Source of the DNA: an uncultured delta proteobacterium
GTDB taxonomy: Bacteria > Desulfobacterota > Syntrophobacteria > BM002
DNA length: 64,000 nt
Assembly (NCBI GenBank): GCA_963712115.1
Contig: CAVQGX010000014.1
Location: 1-64,000, forward strand
Direction of reading: 5' to 3'
Made by a program: the position numbers and the translations under genes. The notes under the pieces were generated by a model. That model saw nothing but the letters and a program-made list of their open reading frames with translations. It made no database searches and was not told where the DNA came from. Each line of letters begins with the position of its first letter. Within the stretch, counting starts at the first letter, position 1. Of the stretch, positions 50,839-61,043 are shown piece by piece.

Positions 50839-51270
50839 ATGAGATTGTTAACTTTCAAATGCCTGAGAGAGCCCAAAATATTCCATATCCCTCTACCACC
50901 TCCGCTAAACTCTGTGCTTCTAATATTTCTGGGCATACTCATATATACAACGTCTTCTTATGCGACACAGTTGACTCTTGAGTGGGATGCCAATGCGGAG
51001 CAAGACCTTGCTGGCTATATTATCTATTAAGGTACTTCCAGCAGAGATTACGATGCTTCGATGGATGTTGGGAACTGGACAAGCGCGACAATTGCAAATC
51101 TTGAAGACAATGAGACCTACTACTTCGCATTGACAGCTTACGATACTGATGGCAAGGAATCCGGATACTCAAATGAGGTTTGTATAAATTGCCAAACCAT
51201 TAGCAGTGCTTAGAGTGGTGGTGGGTGTTTCATCGACACAGCAGCCTACGGGTTCCGAAGGGTCAGGTAA
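50839..51270 (+). pseudogene. FN3-domain secreted protein with GGGCFIDTAAYG (CFI-box-like) tail; two in-frame stops
   Basis: LTLEWDAN.EQDLAGYIIY*GTSSRDY..DVGN..YYFALTAYD..ESGYSNEV, then *SGGGCFIDTAAYG. Confidence 0.75.
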
Positions 51271-51310
51271 TTCCAAGTTCAAATGTGAACAGTATCAGAT
51301 CATTAGTAAC

Positions 51311-51343
51311 AAAAGGCGGGACTGATTTCCCGCCTTTCTTTTT
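51311..51343 (+). terminator. Intrinsic terminator
   Basis: AAAAGGCGGGA-CTGATT-TCCCGCCTTT followed by a T-tract. Confidence 0.65.
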
Positions 51344-51563
51344 CGTAGCCGAACAATAGATGACTGACTTCATTTAAGTGATTTATCTAAAGCCTTTATC
51401 AGTCTACTGAAAATTTAGATTACTTTAATCTACAGTTTGCCCTTTAAGACCCGCCTCCCACATTTTGTATTGAGTTTTCTGAAGGGAAATTATAGATTAA
51501 GGGAATACAAAGTCAGCTCCCACCGCTCCATGCTGCCCACCTCAGTTTCCCATTGGTATTATA

Positions 51564-51722
51564 GGGGTACTAAAGCCAAAATCATGCATCCTTCCTATTT
51601 ACAAAATCAGTCAGGTTATTGTAAACTAAGACCAACTCACGTTCCTGCAACCATTCTCCACGAGAGACAATAACTTTGTTCTGATCTGGTCGAATTGATC
51701 CTAGAAGTTTTCGCTTACTAGT
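51564..51722 (+). repeat. About 160-bp non-coding element, copy of 40759..40922
   Basis: Direct alignment; lies immediately upstream of a PEP-CTERM gene. Confidence 0.8.
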
Positions 51723-51739
51723 GTCTGAGGAGGATACTC

Positions 51740-52084
51740 ATGAGGCGTTGGTGGTTAACCTTCGTGGTTTTCGGTGTTTTGTTGTTCGGTATTACAAACA
51801 CAAGCTCGGCAATGACAATCACTGATCTCCCAGTGATAAATGCTGATTTGAATCTTAATATTGATTCAGAGATTAGTAGCTTCGCTAACCTTGTCTGGGA
51901 CTTTTTTGCCGATGTACTAAATTCATCTAATCAACTGGAGCCAATGGTCAAAAAAGATAAGGATAAGGATAAAGATAAGGATAAAGACAAGGGTATTCCA
52001 TCTAGTCCCGAACCGGCTACCTGGCTCCTCATTGGAACAGGCGCTGGTGGTTTGATTCTCCTCAGAAAGAAGTTCAAAAAGTGA
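51740..52084 (+). CDS. Small PEP-CTERM protein with (KD)n repeat
   Basis: GAGGAGG RBS, signal peptide, SPEPATWLLIGTGAGGLILLRKKFKK. Confidence 0.9.
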   Translation: MRRWWLTFVVFGVLLFGITNTSSAMTITDLPVINADLNLNIDSEISSFANLVWDFFADVLNSSNQLEPMVKKDKDKDKDKDKDKGIPSSPEPATWLLIGTGAGGLILLRKKFKK

Positions 52085-52125
52085 AGCATTTATAATAGCA
52101 AGTGAGCGCTTGTCATAACCAATCT

Positions 52126-52151
52126 GGCGGAGCATCGACTCCGCTTTTTTT
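52126..52151 (+). terminator. Intrinsic terminator
   Basis: GCGGAG-CATCGA-CTCCGC followed by TTTTTTT. Confidence 0.65.
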
Positions 52152-52268
52152 ATCACTCACTGCTATTCGTAACCCATTACACTTTTCGCTGCTTCATTGG
52201 CTTTCTTCTTGCAGATTGTCCGATGGTCATGATCTCCTTCTCCATAGCGACACCGAAAATCGACGAAA

Positions 52269-53120
52269 ATGAAAAGAGTGTTAAGCATATCTGATTTAAG
52301 AAAGAAGCACCTACTCGTGGGAGGCCTAGCTCTGCTCGCCACGATCTTCCTGTGCTACGGCCAAATCCTCTTCGAAATGGCCAAACGATGGACTGTTGAT
52401 CCCAATTACTCTCATGGATTCCTTATACCTCTCCTATCTGGATATCTTTTATGGAGGAAGAAGGATGCTTTCAGCCTGTCAGCTATTAACCCAGAGCTCA
52501 AGGGCTTGCCCATACTCGTCTTAGGCTTGTTCCTAATGGTTTTGGGAAAAGCCGGCACTATAGACTTTGCGATGCTTTTCTCCTTTCTTATGGTGCTCTT
52601 GGGACTGATAGTATTTTTACTAGGTACAAACATCACTAAATCCGTGCTTTTCCCGCTAAGTTACCTGATTTTCATGATACCTTTGCCTTCTGTCTTTTAC
52701 AACGACCTTACCTTCCGCCTAAAACTCCTAGCCAGCATAATTGCCACTAAACTTCTAGCGCTTATCGGAATGGCAGTCTTTCGGGAGGGCAATATCATCC
52801 ATCTTAATGAAACGTCCTTGCAGGTTATCGATGCTTGCAGTGGCCTACGCTCTCTTATTTCCCTGTTGGCTCTTGCAGTGCTTTTTGCATACTTCACCCA
52901 GAAGTCAATTTGGAAAAGACTTTCTTTAGTCCTTCTAACGATACCCATAACAATATTCTCAAACTCATGTAGGCTAACGGTGACAGCAATCCTCGTAGAT
53001 CACATCGGCCCTCAAGCTACAGAGGGATTTTTCCATATTCTTACGGGTATAATAATGTTTGTTATTGCTTTGGTTCTTCTAATGTTGTGCGGGACTATCC
53101 TGAAACGATTTAGGCAATAG
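52269..53120 (+). CDS. Exosortase (EpsH family), second copy
   Basis: NYSHGFLIP, FMIPLP, REGNII, DACSGLRS, NSCR, FH. Confidence 0.92.
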   Translation: MKRVLSISDLRKKHLLVGGLALLATIFLCYGQILFEMAKRWTVDPNYSHGFLIPLLSGYLLWRKKDAFSLSAINPELKGLPILVLGLFLMVLGKAGTIDFAMLFSFLMVLLGLIVFLLGTNITKSVLFPLSYLIFMIPLPSVFYNDLTFRLKLLASIIATKLLALIGMAVFREGNIIHLNETSLQVIDACSGLRSLISLLALAVLFAYFTQKSIWKRLSLVLLTIPITIFSNSCRLTVTAILVDHIGPQATEGFFHILTGIIMFVIALVLLMLCGTILKRFRQ

Positions 53121-53124
53121 CGGT

Positions 53125-53775
53125 ATGAAAAGACGTTTTTTCACACATCTGACAGTCTCTCTCGCATTACTCATTTCAACCTTTATGCTTCTTCAGTATA
53201 TTGAGGGGGTAAACAGGACACCTATTAGAAAGAAACTGGCTCTCTTTCCCGACCGCTTGGGTGAATGGCAAGGATCGGATACTGCCCTAAGTGCCGAGGA
53301 ACTCCGAGTGCTTGGGATGGAAGACTACATGCTGCGCAGATATTCTAATGGACGGGATCCTGATATCTGGGTCTACGTAGGGTACTACGAAAGTCAGACT
53401 AAGGACGACATAATTCATACTCCCAAGAATTGTCTCCCTGCCTCCGGCTGGATACCTATATCTAGCAGCATGGAAAGGATTCATTTCCCAAAGGGCCCAA
53501 TTAGAATGGCAGGAGTTAAGAGGTATCTAGTGCAAAAGGGCGTGGAGAAAGACATCGTTGTTTATTGGTATCAGTCTAGGGGTCGAGTGTTAGCGAATGA
53601 ATACTTAGCAAGGCTCTATCTTATTTGGGATTCGATCACCAAGAAACGCTCCGATGGCGCCCTGGTTAGAGTATATTGTTCAGTTGATCCAGATGAGATT
53701 AGCGCATGGCGACATTTAGTGAGCTTTATCCAGGAGTTTTTGCCCGTTTTGTATGAGCATTTACCCGATGCATAG
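53125..53775 (+). CDS. epsI: EpsI-family protein
   Basis: GYYESQ..IHTPKNCLPASGW, YWYQSRGR, RSDGALVR. Confidence 0.9.
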   Translation: MKRRFFTHLTVSLALLISTFMLLQYIEGVNRTPIRKKLALFPDRLGEWQGSDTALSAEELRVLGMEDYMLRRYSNGRDPDIWVYVGYYESQTKDDIIHTPKNCLPASGWIPISSSMERIHFPKGPIRMAGVKRYLVQKGVEKDIVVYWYQSRGRVLANEYLARLYLIWDSITKKRSDGALVRVYCSVDPDEISAWRHLVSFIQEFLPVLYEHLPDA

Positions 53776-53781
53776 TGAGAC

Positions 53782-54904
53782 TAGTATTTAGTTGCACAAT
53801 TTAGCGCTATATAGTATATGGGGTTGCATGAGTAGAAAAGCAATCCCCATTAAATTGACAGCAGAGGACAAGCGAACCCTGGAGCAGTGGGTTCGCTCAA
53901 GCAAGACCGAACAGCGGTTGGTATTGCGAGCGCAGATTATTCTCTCGGCTGCGAAAGGAGAAGCTACCAAGGTGATTGCCGAGAACCTTAAAGTGCGGCC
54001 GGCTACCGTGAGCAAATGGCGAACTCGCTTTGCCAAAGACGGTATGGCAGCTCTGCAAGATGCACCGCGTTGTGGTGCTCGCAAGGTCTATGACGATACC
54101 ACCGACAGAAGGATCTTGGAGGCAGTTGACGGTGAACCTCCCGCCGGGCATGCCACCTGGAGTGGGAGCTTATTGGCTAAGACGTTGGGAGATGTCTCCA
54201 AACACCAGGTGTGGCGGGTGCTCAGGCGGCATGGCATCCATTTGCAGCGTCGACGATCGTGGTGTATCAGTACAGACCCTGAATTTGCGCCGAAGGCGGC
54301 AGACATCGTTGGTCTTTACCTGGAGCCCCCTGACAGTGCGGTTGTGATCTGTGTGGATGAAAAGCCTCACATCCAGGCACTGGAGCGAGCCCAGGGGTGG
54401 CTTAGGCTTCCCAATGGCAAAGCCCTTACCGGTTTCAGCCACGGCTATAAGCGACACGGAACCACCACCCTGTTCGCCGCCTTGAATGTGGCCACAGGAC
54501 AGGTCAAAGCCGGCCACTACAAACGGCGGCGACGTCGGGAGTTTCTCGATTTTATGAACGAAGTCATTGCTGACTATCCCGACCAGGAGATTCACGTGAT
54601 CTTGGATAATCTCAACACCCATAAACCAAAGCACGATGTCTGGTTGGCTCGCCACAAAAAAGTGTGCTTTCACTACACGCCAACCCACGCCTCCTGGCTA
54701 AACCAGATTGAGATTTGGTTCAGCATCCTCAGCCGCAGAACGCTCAAAGGTGCTAGTTTCACCTCACCACAACAGGTTCGTAATGCTATCGACCTTTTCG
54801 TTGCCACCTATAACAGAGAGGCTGCCCCTTTCGAGTGGCGAAAGCGAGAAGTTTATCCGAAAAGGCTCAGTAAAAATTACTCTGATTTATGCAACTAGAT
54901 ACTA
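53782..54904 (+). mobile_element. IS630-family insertion sequence
   Basis: TIRs (TA)GTATTTAGTTGCA / TGCAACTAGATAC(TA) with TA target. Confidence 0.93.
53828..54898 (+). CDS. IS630 transposase
   Basis: HTH; CVDEK, YKRHGT, LDNLNTH, ASWLNQIEIWF. Confidence 0.95.
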   Translation: MSRKAIPIKLTAEDKRTLEQWVRSSKTEQRLVLRAQIILSAAKGEATKVIAENLKVRPATVSKWRTRFAKDGMAALQDAPRCGARKVYDDTTDRRILEAVDGEPPAGHATWSGSLLAKTLGDVSKHQVWRVLRRHGIHLQRRRSWCISTDPEFAPKAADIVGLYLEPPDSAVVICVDEKPHIQALERAQGWLRLPNGKALTGFSHGYKRHGTTTLFAALNVATGQVKAGHYKRRRRREFLDFMNEVIADYPDQEIHVILDNLNTHKPKHDVWLARHKKVCFHYTPTHASWLNQIEIWFSILSRRTLKGASFTSPQQVRNAIDLFVATYNREAAPFEWRKREVYPKRLSKNYSDLCN

Positions 54905-55272
54905 GCATCAGGCGGCATGACAAAATGCTTTCCGTACTTCTGGAAGTCTCCACATCGTATTTTAGAGAAAGATGTCCCGCTTTTGACCTATCCCAAGACT
55001 TTGTGCTAGCCTTTTTAGAAGCTGACGTTAGATGGGTAATATTCAGGATCTTTCAGAGATCGAGGTGCGTTTCTATGTCTCGTCATTAAATACAAACAGT
55101 TAGGGGCTTGCCGTCGTAATTTGATGATAAGGCTGTTATCCTTGTCCGACTGGTCTTACTTTCTACCGAGCGCTAGTGTCGTGTCTCACAAATAACATTC
55201 ATAAAAAGCTGAACTCACACCCGCCCAAACCCTCCCCAGCACGGTGAGGGGGAGGTCGAGGGGCTTATAACG

Positions 55273-55407
55273 AGTGCCCATCCGGAAACCGCGTCTATGG
55301 GTGTCATTCTGAGGAGCAAAGCAACGAAGAATCTCATAGTTACTGGATCCCCGCCGAGATTCTTCGCTTCGCTCAGAATGACATGGAGGGGCTTCCGGAT
55401 GGAAACT
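55273..55407. repeat. GTCATTCTGAG...CTCAGAATGAC element inside an outer inverted repeat
   Basis: Core 55302..55383; outer CCATCCGGAA/TTCCGGATGG. Confidence 0.75.
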
Positions 55408-55458
55408 AACTAATGAAAAGTATTTCTGATACGCAAAAATAGGACCACTTAGAATGCT

Positions 55459-57060
55459 TCATTGCGAATCAGCAATGGTAATCTCAAGCGTTGGACGTTG
55501 TGTCTCGTCACCCCAATCCTCGAAGTCCGCGGATTCCACGAATGACTTTCCCGTATGGTATTCAGTGTCTGCCGAACTGAGAGCGAAGCTAATGTGGGTA
55601 TCGGAACTGGCCATCGCCACAGCTCTTGTAACATCCCAAACAGCCTCCGGCAAGTTGTCCCATCCAGTTTCGGTTGCGCCAGTTCGATCTACCCAGGTTC
55701 CAGCGATATTCTCAAAGGGAAAGGGTGCGTTGTTCCAGTTAATGTTGGCCGCTGTCCAAGGTGTCTGGCCGTCGACTAGCGTGTTAGCAACTGGAAATAC
55801 CTGAATGAGAGATCGCTCCCCCTCATCACCACCACTAGTAGGTAACTTGTGGTGGAGAATCAGACGGGCCGATACAACAACCTTGTCCAGCGGTAGCTTC
55901 CATAAAGGAAATTTGACATAAATCTTCGCAAAGCAGGGCCAGTCAGCGTAATCTGCCTGATTTTGGATGTGGAAATAGTTGCGTTCGGTATTGCCCCCCC
56001 AGCTATCGGGACCATCACCAAAATTGTATAGGTCGTCTCCAGAACAGAGTACCTCCGAGGACCCTACCGTGGCATTTTCCACCTCGTCACCGTCTAAGCC
56101 GCGCCGAATGGTTATGATCTGCTCGGTGCCTTCAATATAAGGCCCTGAAGTATGTTGAATGGTGTACGATGGCTGTCCGTTTCCTTCCGTACTGCCACTC
56201 TCGTTCCAGGTTAAAAAATGGGCGTCCAAAAATTGCCATCTACCCCAGGTTAATGGGTCTGTGTCATCAAGAGAGGGCGAAGGCCAATATTGAGGATCTC
56301 CGCCAACGCTTCCATCCATGTTATCACGATCGTGAGAAACAAGCGCCACCCGCCATGTATTGTGGGAATCACCAATAGGCGGCCCGGTTAACCCAAGAGC
56401 ATCAAAGCCAAGATAAAACGTAATTGACCAACCACGGCTTTCGTCCCTTCCCTCGCCGCGATAGCCGTTTTCAAGGTTGATAGCGACCGGTTCAAGTTTC
56501 ACTGAACTGCCAAGCTGAATATCTGACGGAACCCATACTCCCCCATTACCCTGATAAATATAGGTTTGTTCCGTGCCGTGACGGTGAGCCTGAGCATCGA
56601 TTCGAAAAGAACGCTCGTCAATAGTATACTTTTCCTCATCTCCATCGAGATCGATGTACAAACTTATGGAGTCCCATTGAGAGAGTTGGTCCTCTTCCGA
56701 CTCATCGTAGATTTTTTGGTCAAAGACCGCACAGCGGATCATCAGAAACTGATCGTTGTAGCCGACCCGGACATCGGTGTAGTTATTTTGTGAATCGACT
56801 CTTCCAAACCAGAAAATAGTGCTACGTTGCATATATCTCCAGATCTCATTGCTTCCATCATCCGGTACAATACGTGGAATAAACAAATGGTGATATTGAC
56901 TGGGTTCGATTAAAATGGTTGGGTTTTCACTGCCCGAATCATTCGAGTCTCCGGTGCCCGAAGAATCAGTGCCACAGGCAGAAAATGCAACCATAATAAG
57001 AAACATGCCCACGAGTCTAGGCAAGCTAGCCAATATCGACAACAGAGCTTTCTGTTTCAT
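55459..57060 (-). CDS. Lipoprotein with sugar-binding-like and DNRLRE-like domains
   Basis: Lipobox AFSAC; D.ISLYID; VVSARL.L ... W....INWNNAP ... WDVT.AV ... RPTLEI. Confidence 0.6.
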   Translation of the reverse strand: MKQKALLSILASLPRLVGMFLIMVAFSACGTDSSGTGDSNDSGSENPTILIEPSQYHHLFIPRIVPDDGSNEIWRYMQRSTIFWFGRVDSQNNYTDVRVGYNDQFLMIRCAVFDQKIYDESEEDQLSQWDSISLYIDLDGDEEKYTIDERSFRIDAQAHRHGTEQTYIYQGNGGVWVPSDIQLGSSVKLEPVAINLENGYRGEGRDESRGWSITFYLGFDALGLTGPPIGDSHNTWRVALVSHDRDNMDGSVGGDPQYWPSPSLDDTDPLTWGRWQFLDAHFLTWNESGSTEGNGQPSYTIQHTSGPYIEGTEQIITIRRGLDGDEVENATVGSSEVLCSGDDLYNFGDGPDSWGGNTERNYFHIQNQADYADWPCFAKIYVKFPLWKLPLDKVVVSARLILHHKLPTSGGDEGERSLIQVFPVANTLVDGQTPWTAANINWNNAPFPFENIAGTWVDRTGATETGWDNLPEAVWDVTRAVAMASSDTHISFALSSADTEYHTGKSFVESADFEDWGDETQRPTLEITIADSQ

Positions 57061-57399
57061 CACGGGTTCCTTTACAAAGATTTCCGTCAAGATACGAACT
57101 AAAAACGCAGATTTTTTCCATCCTAAATGATCATTCAATCTATTTGGCTTTGGAGCAAAAACTGTGCCTTCATCATTAGTATCTAAAGTGCGCACCGGTC
57201 TTCTGGAAGTTTACATATCACACATGGAAGTCGTTCCCCTCCTTTGACCTACCCTTCCATGACATGTTTTGGTCTTGGGGGGGATGTTCAGATATAGAGA
57301 TCTAAACTTTTACATCAGTCGTGTTGAGTTTAGACTATTCATCAAGATCCTTGTGATTACAAGAATGAAATTCCTTATAACGACAAACTAAACAATAAA

Positions 57400-58017
57400 A
57401 TGACTAATCCCTGTTTTCCCAAAGTGATTCTTTTTGACTTGAATGGTGTCCTGGTGGATTGGGACGGAATAAGTCCGTTGATTGTTCTTGCTAAGGGAAC
57501 TTTAAGTGAGGAGCAAGCTAGGCGTTTTTACCTAGAATCTCCATGGGTAAAGAAGTTTGATATGGGCCTCTGTTCCAAGAATGATTTTGCATCTGGAGTT
57601 GTCGATGAGTTGAAATTAGAGACTTCGCCGGAGGAATTCTTGGAGCAATTCCTAACATGGCACGGCAGTATATTTCCCGGGATATCCAAGCTTTTGGACA
57701 GACTAAAAAATAGGTTTATCTTGGCTTGTCTTAGCAATAATAATAAACTACATTGGAAGTCATTGACTGAAAAAACGGATCTAGCCGAAAAGTTCGATCA
57801 TATTTTTCTCTCTTTTGAAATGGGGCTCATGAAACCTGCAAAGGAGGCATTTGAACACGTCAGTCACATTACCGGCTATCTCGCCGAAGATATTCTGTTT
57901 CTTGATGATAATCAAGAACATGTTACTACAGCAAGAGATCTCGGATTTCAGGCCTATCGGATTTCAGGAGTGGATGGTGTTTTTTCTGTTTTACGAAGTC
58001 TAAAGATTAAAGTATAA
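57400..58017 (+). CDS. HAD-family phosphatase
   Basis: FDLNGVL, LSN, MKP, FLDD. Confidence 0.9.
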   Translation: MTNPCFPKVILFDLNGVLVDWDGISPLIVLAKGTLSEEQARRFYLESPWVKKFDMGLCSKNDFASGVVDELKLETSPEEFLEQFLTWHGSIFPGISKLLDRLKNRFILACLSNNNKLHWKSLTEKTDLAEKFDHIFLSFEMGLMKPAKEAFEHVSHITGYLAEDILFLDDNQEHVTTARDLGFQAYRISGVDGVFSVLRSLKIKV

Positions 58018-58169
58018 AATGCACTGCATAGTGCCACGCTTAAGAGAATTTATACCTATATTCTATTCCTCAAGAATCAATTCGGAGTCACTGGCCCCGC
58101 TTTTCCTCCCTACCCATAGAACCTAAAGTCAGGACCAGTTTACAGGAAGTGTGCATTACATATTAAAGA

Positions 58170-58718
58170 AGACAGGAGTCAGGAGAGAGTAAGGAATTTT
58201 GGAATGATGGAATGGTGTAATGTTGGGCGAAGAGCCCAGAGGTCGGAGACACCCGCCTTCGCTAAAGCTACGGCGCGGCATGGGGCATGGAGCATAGGGC
58301 GTAGGGTTAGAGGTCAGAGGATGGAGGTCGGTTTCACTAGGCACTAAGCAGTAGGCACTAGGCACAGCAAGGCGAATCGGGGACGGGGAGAGATGGAGAC
58401 GCGGAGAGGAAAAGCCAGAGGTCAGAAGTCGGAGTTCAGAGGTCAGACGTCGGAGGTCGGAGGTCAGACTTCAGCTGGCAGCAGACAGCGGGCAGCAGGA
58501 TGACGCGGTGAAGGGGAGAGACGGAGACGCGGGGGAGAAAGGCAGAGGCCAGATGAGGATTTCGGATTGCGAAACTGGGAACCCGCCCGAAGGGTGGGAG
58601 TCCGAAGGACAATTTAAAAGCAAGGAGACAGGAGTCAGCCCTTCGACAGGACCTGTCGCCGAGCTCAGGTCGAGTCGCTCAGGCGAGTCGAGGCCCGCCC
58701 TACCAGTTGATAATACCG
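58170..58718 (+). repeat. Composite heptamer tract, homologous to 33650..34140
   Basis: TGGAATG, GGGCATG/GAGCATA, GGAGGTC, CACTAGG, GGAGACG arrays with palindromic inserts. Confidence 0.85.
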
Positions 58719-58719
58719 G

Positions 58720-58989
58720 TTAGCTTGTTTTATCTATTAGCCCCTTTTCTCGCTGTACTCTTTCGTGTAGCCATACTTTGATCAAAGCTCCTCGATCTAC
58801 CCCGATTGTAGCTCTGATGCGATCGATATCATTGACTAGTTCTTCAGCAATATCAACTGTAATACGGACCTTCTTGCCATGTCTGATGACCCTGGACTTG
58901 GACGTGTCAATAAGGTCATGAATATCCTCACCGTCATCGAAACGTTGATCAAACTCCTCAGTGCTTTTAGCCGATCTCTTTCTGGCCAT
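58720..58989 (-). CDS. CopG/BrnA-like antitoxin (duplicate)
   Basis: Near-identical to 34144..34413. Confidence 0.8.
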   Translation of the reverse strand: MARKRSAKSTEEFDQRFDDGEDIHDLIDTSKSRVIRHGKKVRITVDIAEELVNDIDRIRATIGVDRGALIKVWLHERVQREKGLIDKTS

Positions 58990-59239
58990 ATAGCGTCGCC
59001 TCCTTCTTCCTGGCGCGTCTCACCGAAATGATTCGGATTGCCTTGCCACGCCAAGTAAATACCGCTGTCCAGAGCTTATTTTGGACCTTTCCTATGACGA
59101 TGCCTCTGTTCTCAAGTGGATACGGCGGGTGGATTTCCACTCGACTATCATCTTTCCACAATTGTTTGGCGGTATCAAAATCGATACCATGCTTTGTCTT
59201 GTTTGTGCGACTCTTGTCTTCATCCCACTCGAATTCCAT
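58967..59239 (-). CDS. brnT: BrnT-family toxin (duplicate)
   Basis: Near-identical to 34391..34663. Confidence 0.9.
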   Translation of the reverse strand: MEFEWDEDKSRTNKTKHGIDFDTAKQLWKDDSRVEIHPPYPLENRGIVIGKVQNKLWTAVFTWRGKAIRIISVRRARKKEATLYGQKEIG

Positions 59240-59349
59240 GCTGTCATTTTACTTTTTTTGTACAAAAAAGCAACATATTTTGTATATATATCCCAATAGC
59301 AACGCTATCGTCGGTCCGAGTTACAGTGTTGAGATTAAGGGAACAGGGA

Positions 59350-59890
59350 TCGGCGGGGAGAGGGAGGTAGGAGGGTAGATAATTGCGGATTTGGAATTCA
59401 GATTGCGAAGTTATCGCTTTGCTATTGTCCGTAGTTCCACCTTAGGCTGATCAGTTGCCCGTTGCAAATGAATGGAGCATGGGGAAAGACAGCGGGAGGC
59501 AGGCAGCGGACAGCCCCATTATGTTGGAGGGTGGAGCCAGTCTTAAGAGACGCGGAGATGGGGAGAAACGGAGACGCGGCGTTGGGAGTCATTAGGCTTC
59601 GCCGTCATTAGGTCACTACGCTACGCTGTCATTTATTGTAAGAGGTAGAGGGTCAGAAGATTGCGAATTGAAGGAAGGTGTCAGGTGTCGGGTGTCAGGA
59701 GGCAGAAGGCAGAGAGTTGGAGGTTGGAGGAGCGGCCTTCGACAAGCTGAGGCCTTGAGGTTGGAGGCAAAGCCGAAGGCTGGAATGATGGAATGTTGGG
59801 CAATGAGCATGGGATAAGTAGTCAGGAGCCAGGAGACAGAGGTTGGTCGTTTAAACCGTTGAAGTCGTTGAAATCGTTAAGGTCGTAGAC
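59350..59890 (+). repeat. Composite repeat spacer
   Basis: TTGCGGA, GGCAGC, GTCATTAG, GGTGTC(A/G), TTGGAGG arrays; partly identical to 34945..35230. Confidence 0.8.
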
Positions 59891-59893
59891 TGG

Positions 59894-60109
59894 CTAAATG
59901 GCATCTCTGGAAAGCTTGTAGTTAACAGGCAACAGTCGGTCTAGATTGACATGCTTGGAGGCGTCAAGTATTTCGATGCCTATGATTTTATCTCCGTCAC
60001 CGATGTCTAACACCACATCCTCAGACAGGCGCCTGTTAATAACTTCCTGCTTTCTGTCATCCAATCGGATATAAAGAAGGTCGGTTTTATCATTATATGA
60101 AACGTGCAT
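59894..60109 (-). CDS. DUF2283-family protein (duplicate)
   Basis: Protein identical to 35234..35449. Confidence 0.85.
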   Translation of the reverse strand: MHVSYNDKTDLLYIRLDDRKQEVINRRLSEDVVLDIGDGDKIIGIEILDASKHVNLDRLLPVNYKLSRDAI

Positions 60110-60110
60110 T

Positions 60111-60374
60111 TTATGCCTCCCACTTTCCGTAAAACACATAACCCGTAACAGTTACTATCAAATCTTCTTCCTTTACATAAAAGACCTCTACCATTTTCTG
60201 TTCATAATTTCTACCATGGCGTTCTTTTCTGAATTTATACACTTTAGCTTTCCCAATTCTGCCGCGCTTTGCGGGTATCTCAAAGCCCGTCTCAATTACA
60301 TCAGTAATTTCCTCCTCACTCGTTCCACGCTCTTCTGCTCTTTCTAGAGTATGCTGGTCAATTTGGATTCGCAT
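60111..60374 (-). CDS. DUF4258-family protein (duplicate)
   Basis: Two substitutions relative to 35451..35714. Confidence 0.75.
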   Translation of the reverse strand: MRIQIDQHTLERAEERGTSEEEITDVIETGFEIPAKRGRIGKAKVYKFRKERHGRNYEQKMVEVFYVKEEDLIVTVTGYVFYGKWEA

Positions 60375-60434
60375 CTAACCTCCTCAGCACAACTTTACTA
60401 TCAGATAAACCCAATAATAGCAATGATAGCAGAG

Positions 60435-60600
60435 GACAGACGAGGATTTCGAATTTCGGATTGCGCCCGCCCGCCTCGCCTGAGCGAGCAGGCTCGCGAT
60501 GGCGGGCAGGGATTGCGAATTTTAAAGGCAGGAGTCAGTAGTCAGCCCTTCGATCCATTCGACAGGCTCAGGGCAAGCAGGCTCGGGACAGGAATTCATG
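60435..60600 (+). repeat. Heptamer spacer with nested palindromes
   Basis: 45-nt CCCGCC..GGCGGGCAGG element and nested CCCTTCGACAGGCTC elements. Confidence 0.75.
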
Positions 60601-60611
60601 AAATATACGGG

Positions 60612-61043
60612 CTAGGTATCGACACTTTTTAGAGTGGGCAGAAAGCTTTCCACCTTCAAACTGATATGGGCGGCCATGAGGTCGAAGTGGGCATCGGCAT
60701 GAACAACTGTGGATCCTTTTTTCAAAGCGCATGCAGCAATCAAAATGTCAGTATAGGGCAATGTTATCCCATTTCGTCGTAACTTGAATGCCAGATCATA
60801 TGACTTTTCCCAAAGAGGAGCATCCAGTTCAACACTGTCCAGGGCATCGAGCCTGCGCTTAAGGCGTTGGAATTCAGTTTCAGTTTTTGTTCCCCCCAGA
60901 ATTTCCAGTTTGACCATGCCAGTTGTAATGATGGCGTTCTCTTTGAGCAAATAGTCTATTCGCTCTTTGACTGACGGGACAAAATCCTTTCTCAAAGCAA
61001 GAATCCAGGCAGAGGTATCCACCAGAAAAGAGTTATTCGACAT
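60612..61043 (-). CDS. vapC: PIN-domain (VapC) toxin
   Basis: LVDTSAWI, E.L.G, TDILIAA, DAHF. Confidence 0.88.
   Translation of the reverse strand: MSNNSFLVDTSAWILALRKDFVPSVKERIDYLLKENAIITTGMVKLEILGGTKTETEFQRLKRRLDALDSVELDAPLWEKSYDLAFKLRRNGITLPYTDILIAACALKKGSTVVHADAHFDLMAAHISLKVESFLPTLKSVDT

Noticed and set aside
51028-51213. Stop-codon readthrough or alternative genetic code in the FN3 gene
   Set aside because: One stop is TAA and the other TAG, and both codons end genes normally elsewhere in the window; pseudogene is simpler.
54889-55089. ORF directly after IS630
   Set aside because: It starts inside the IS terminal repeat and has no recognisable motif.
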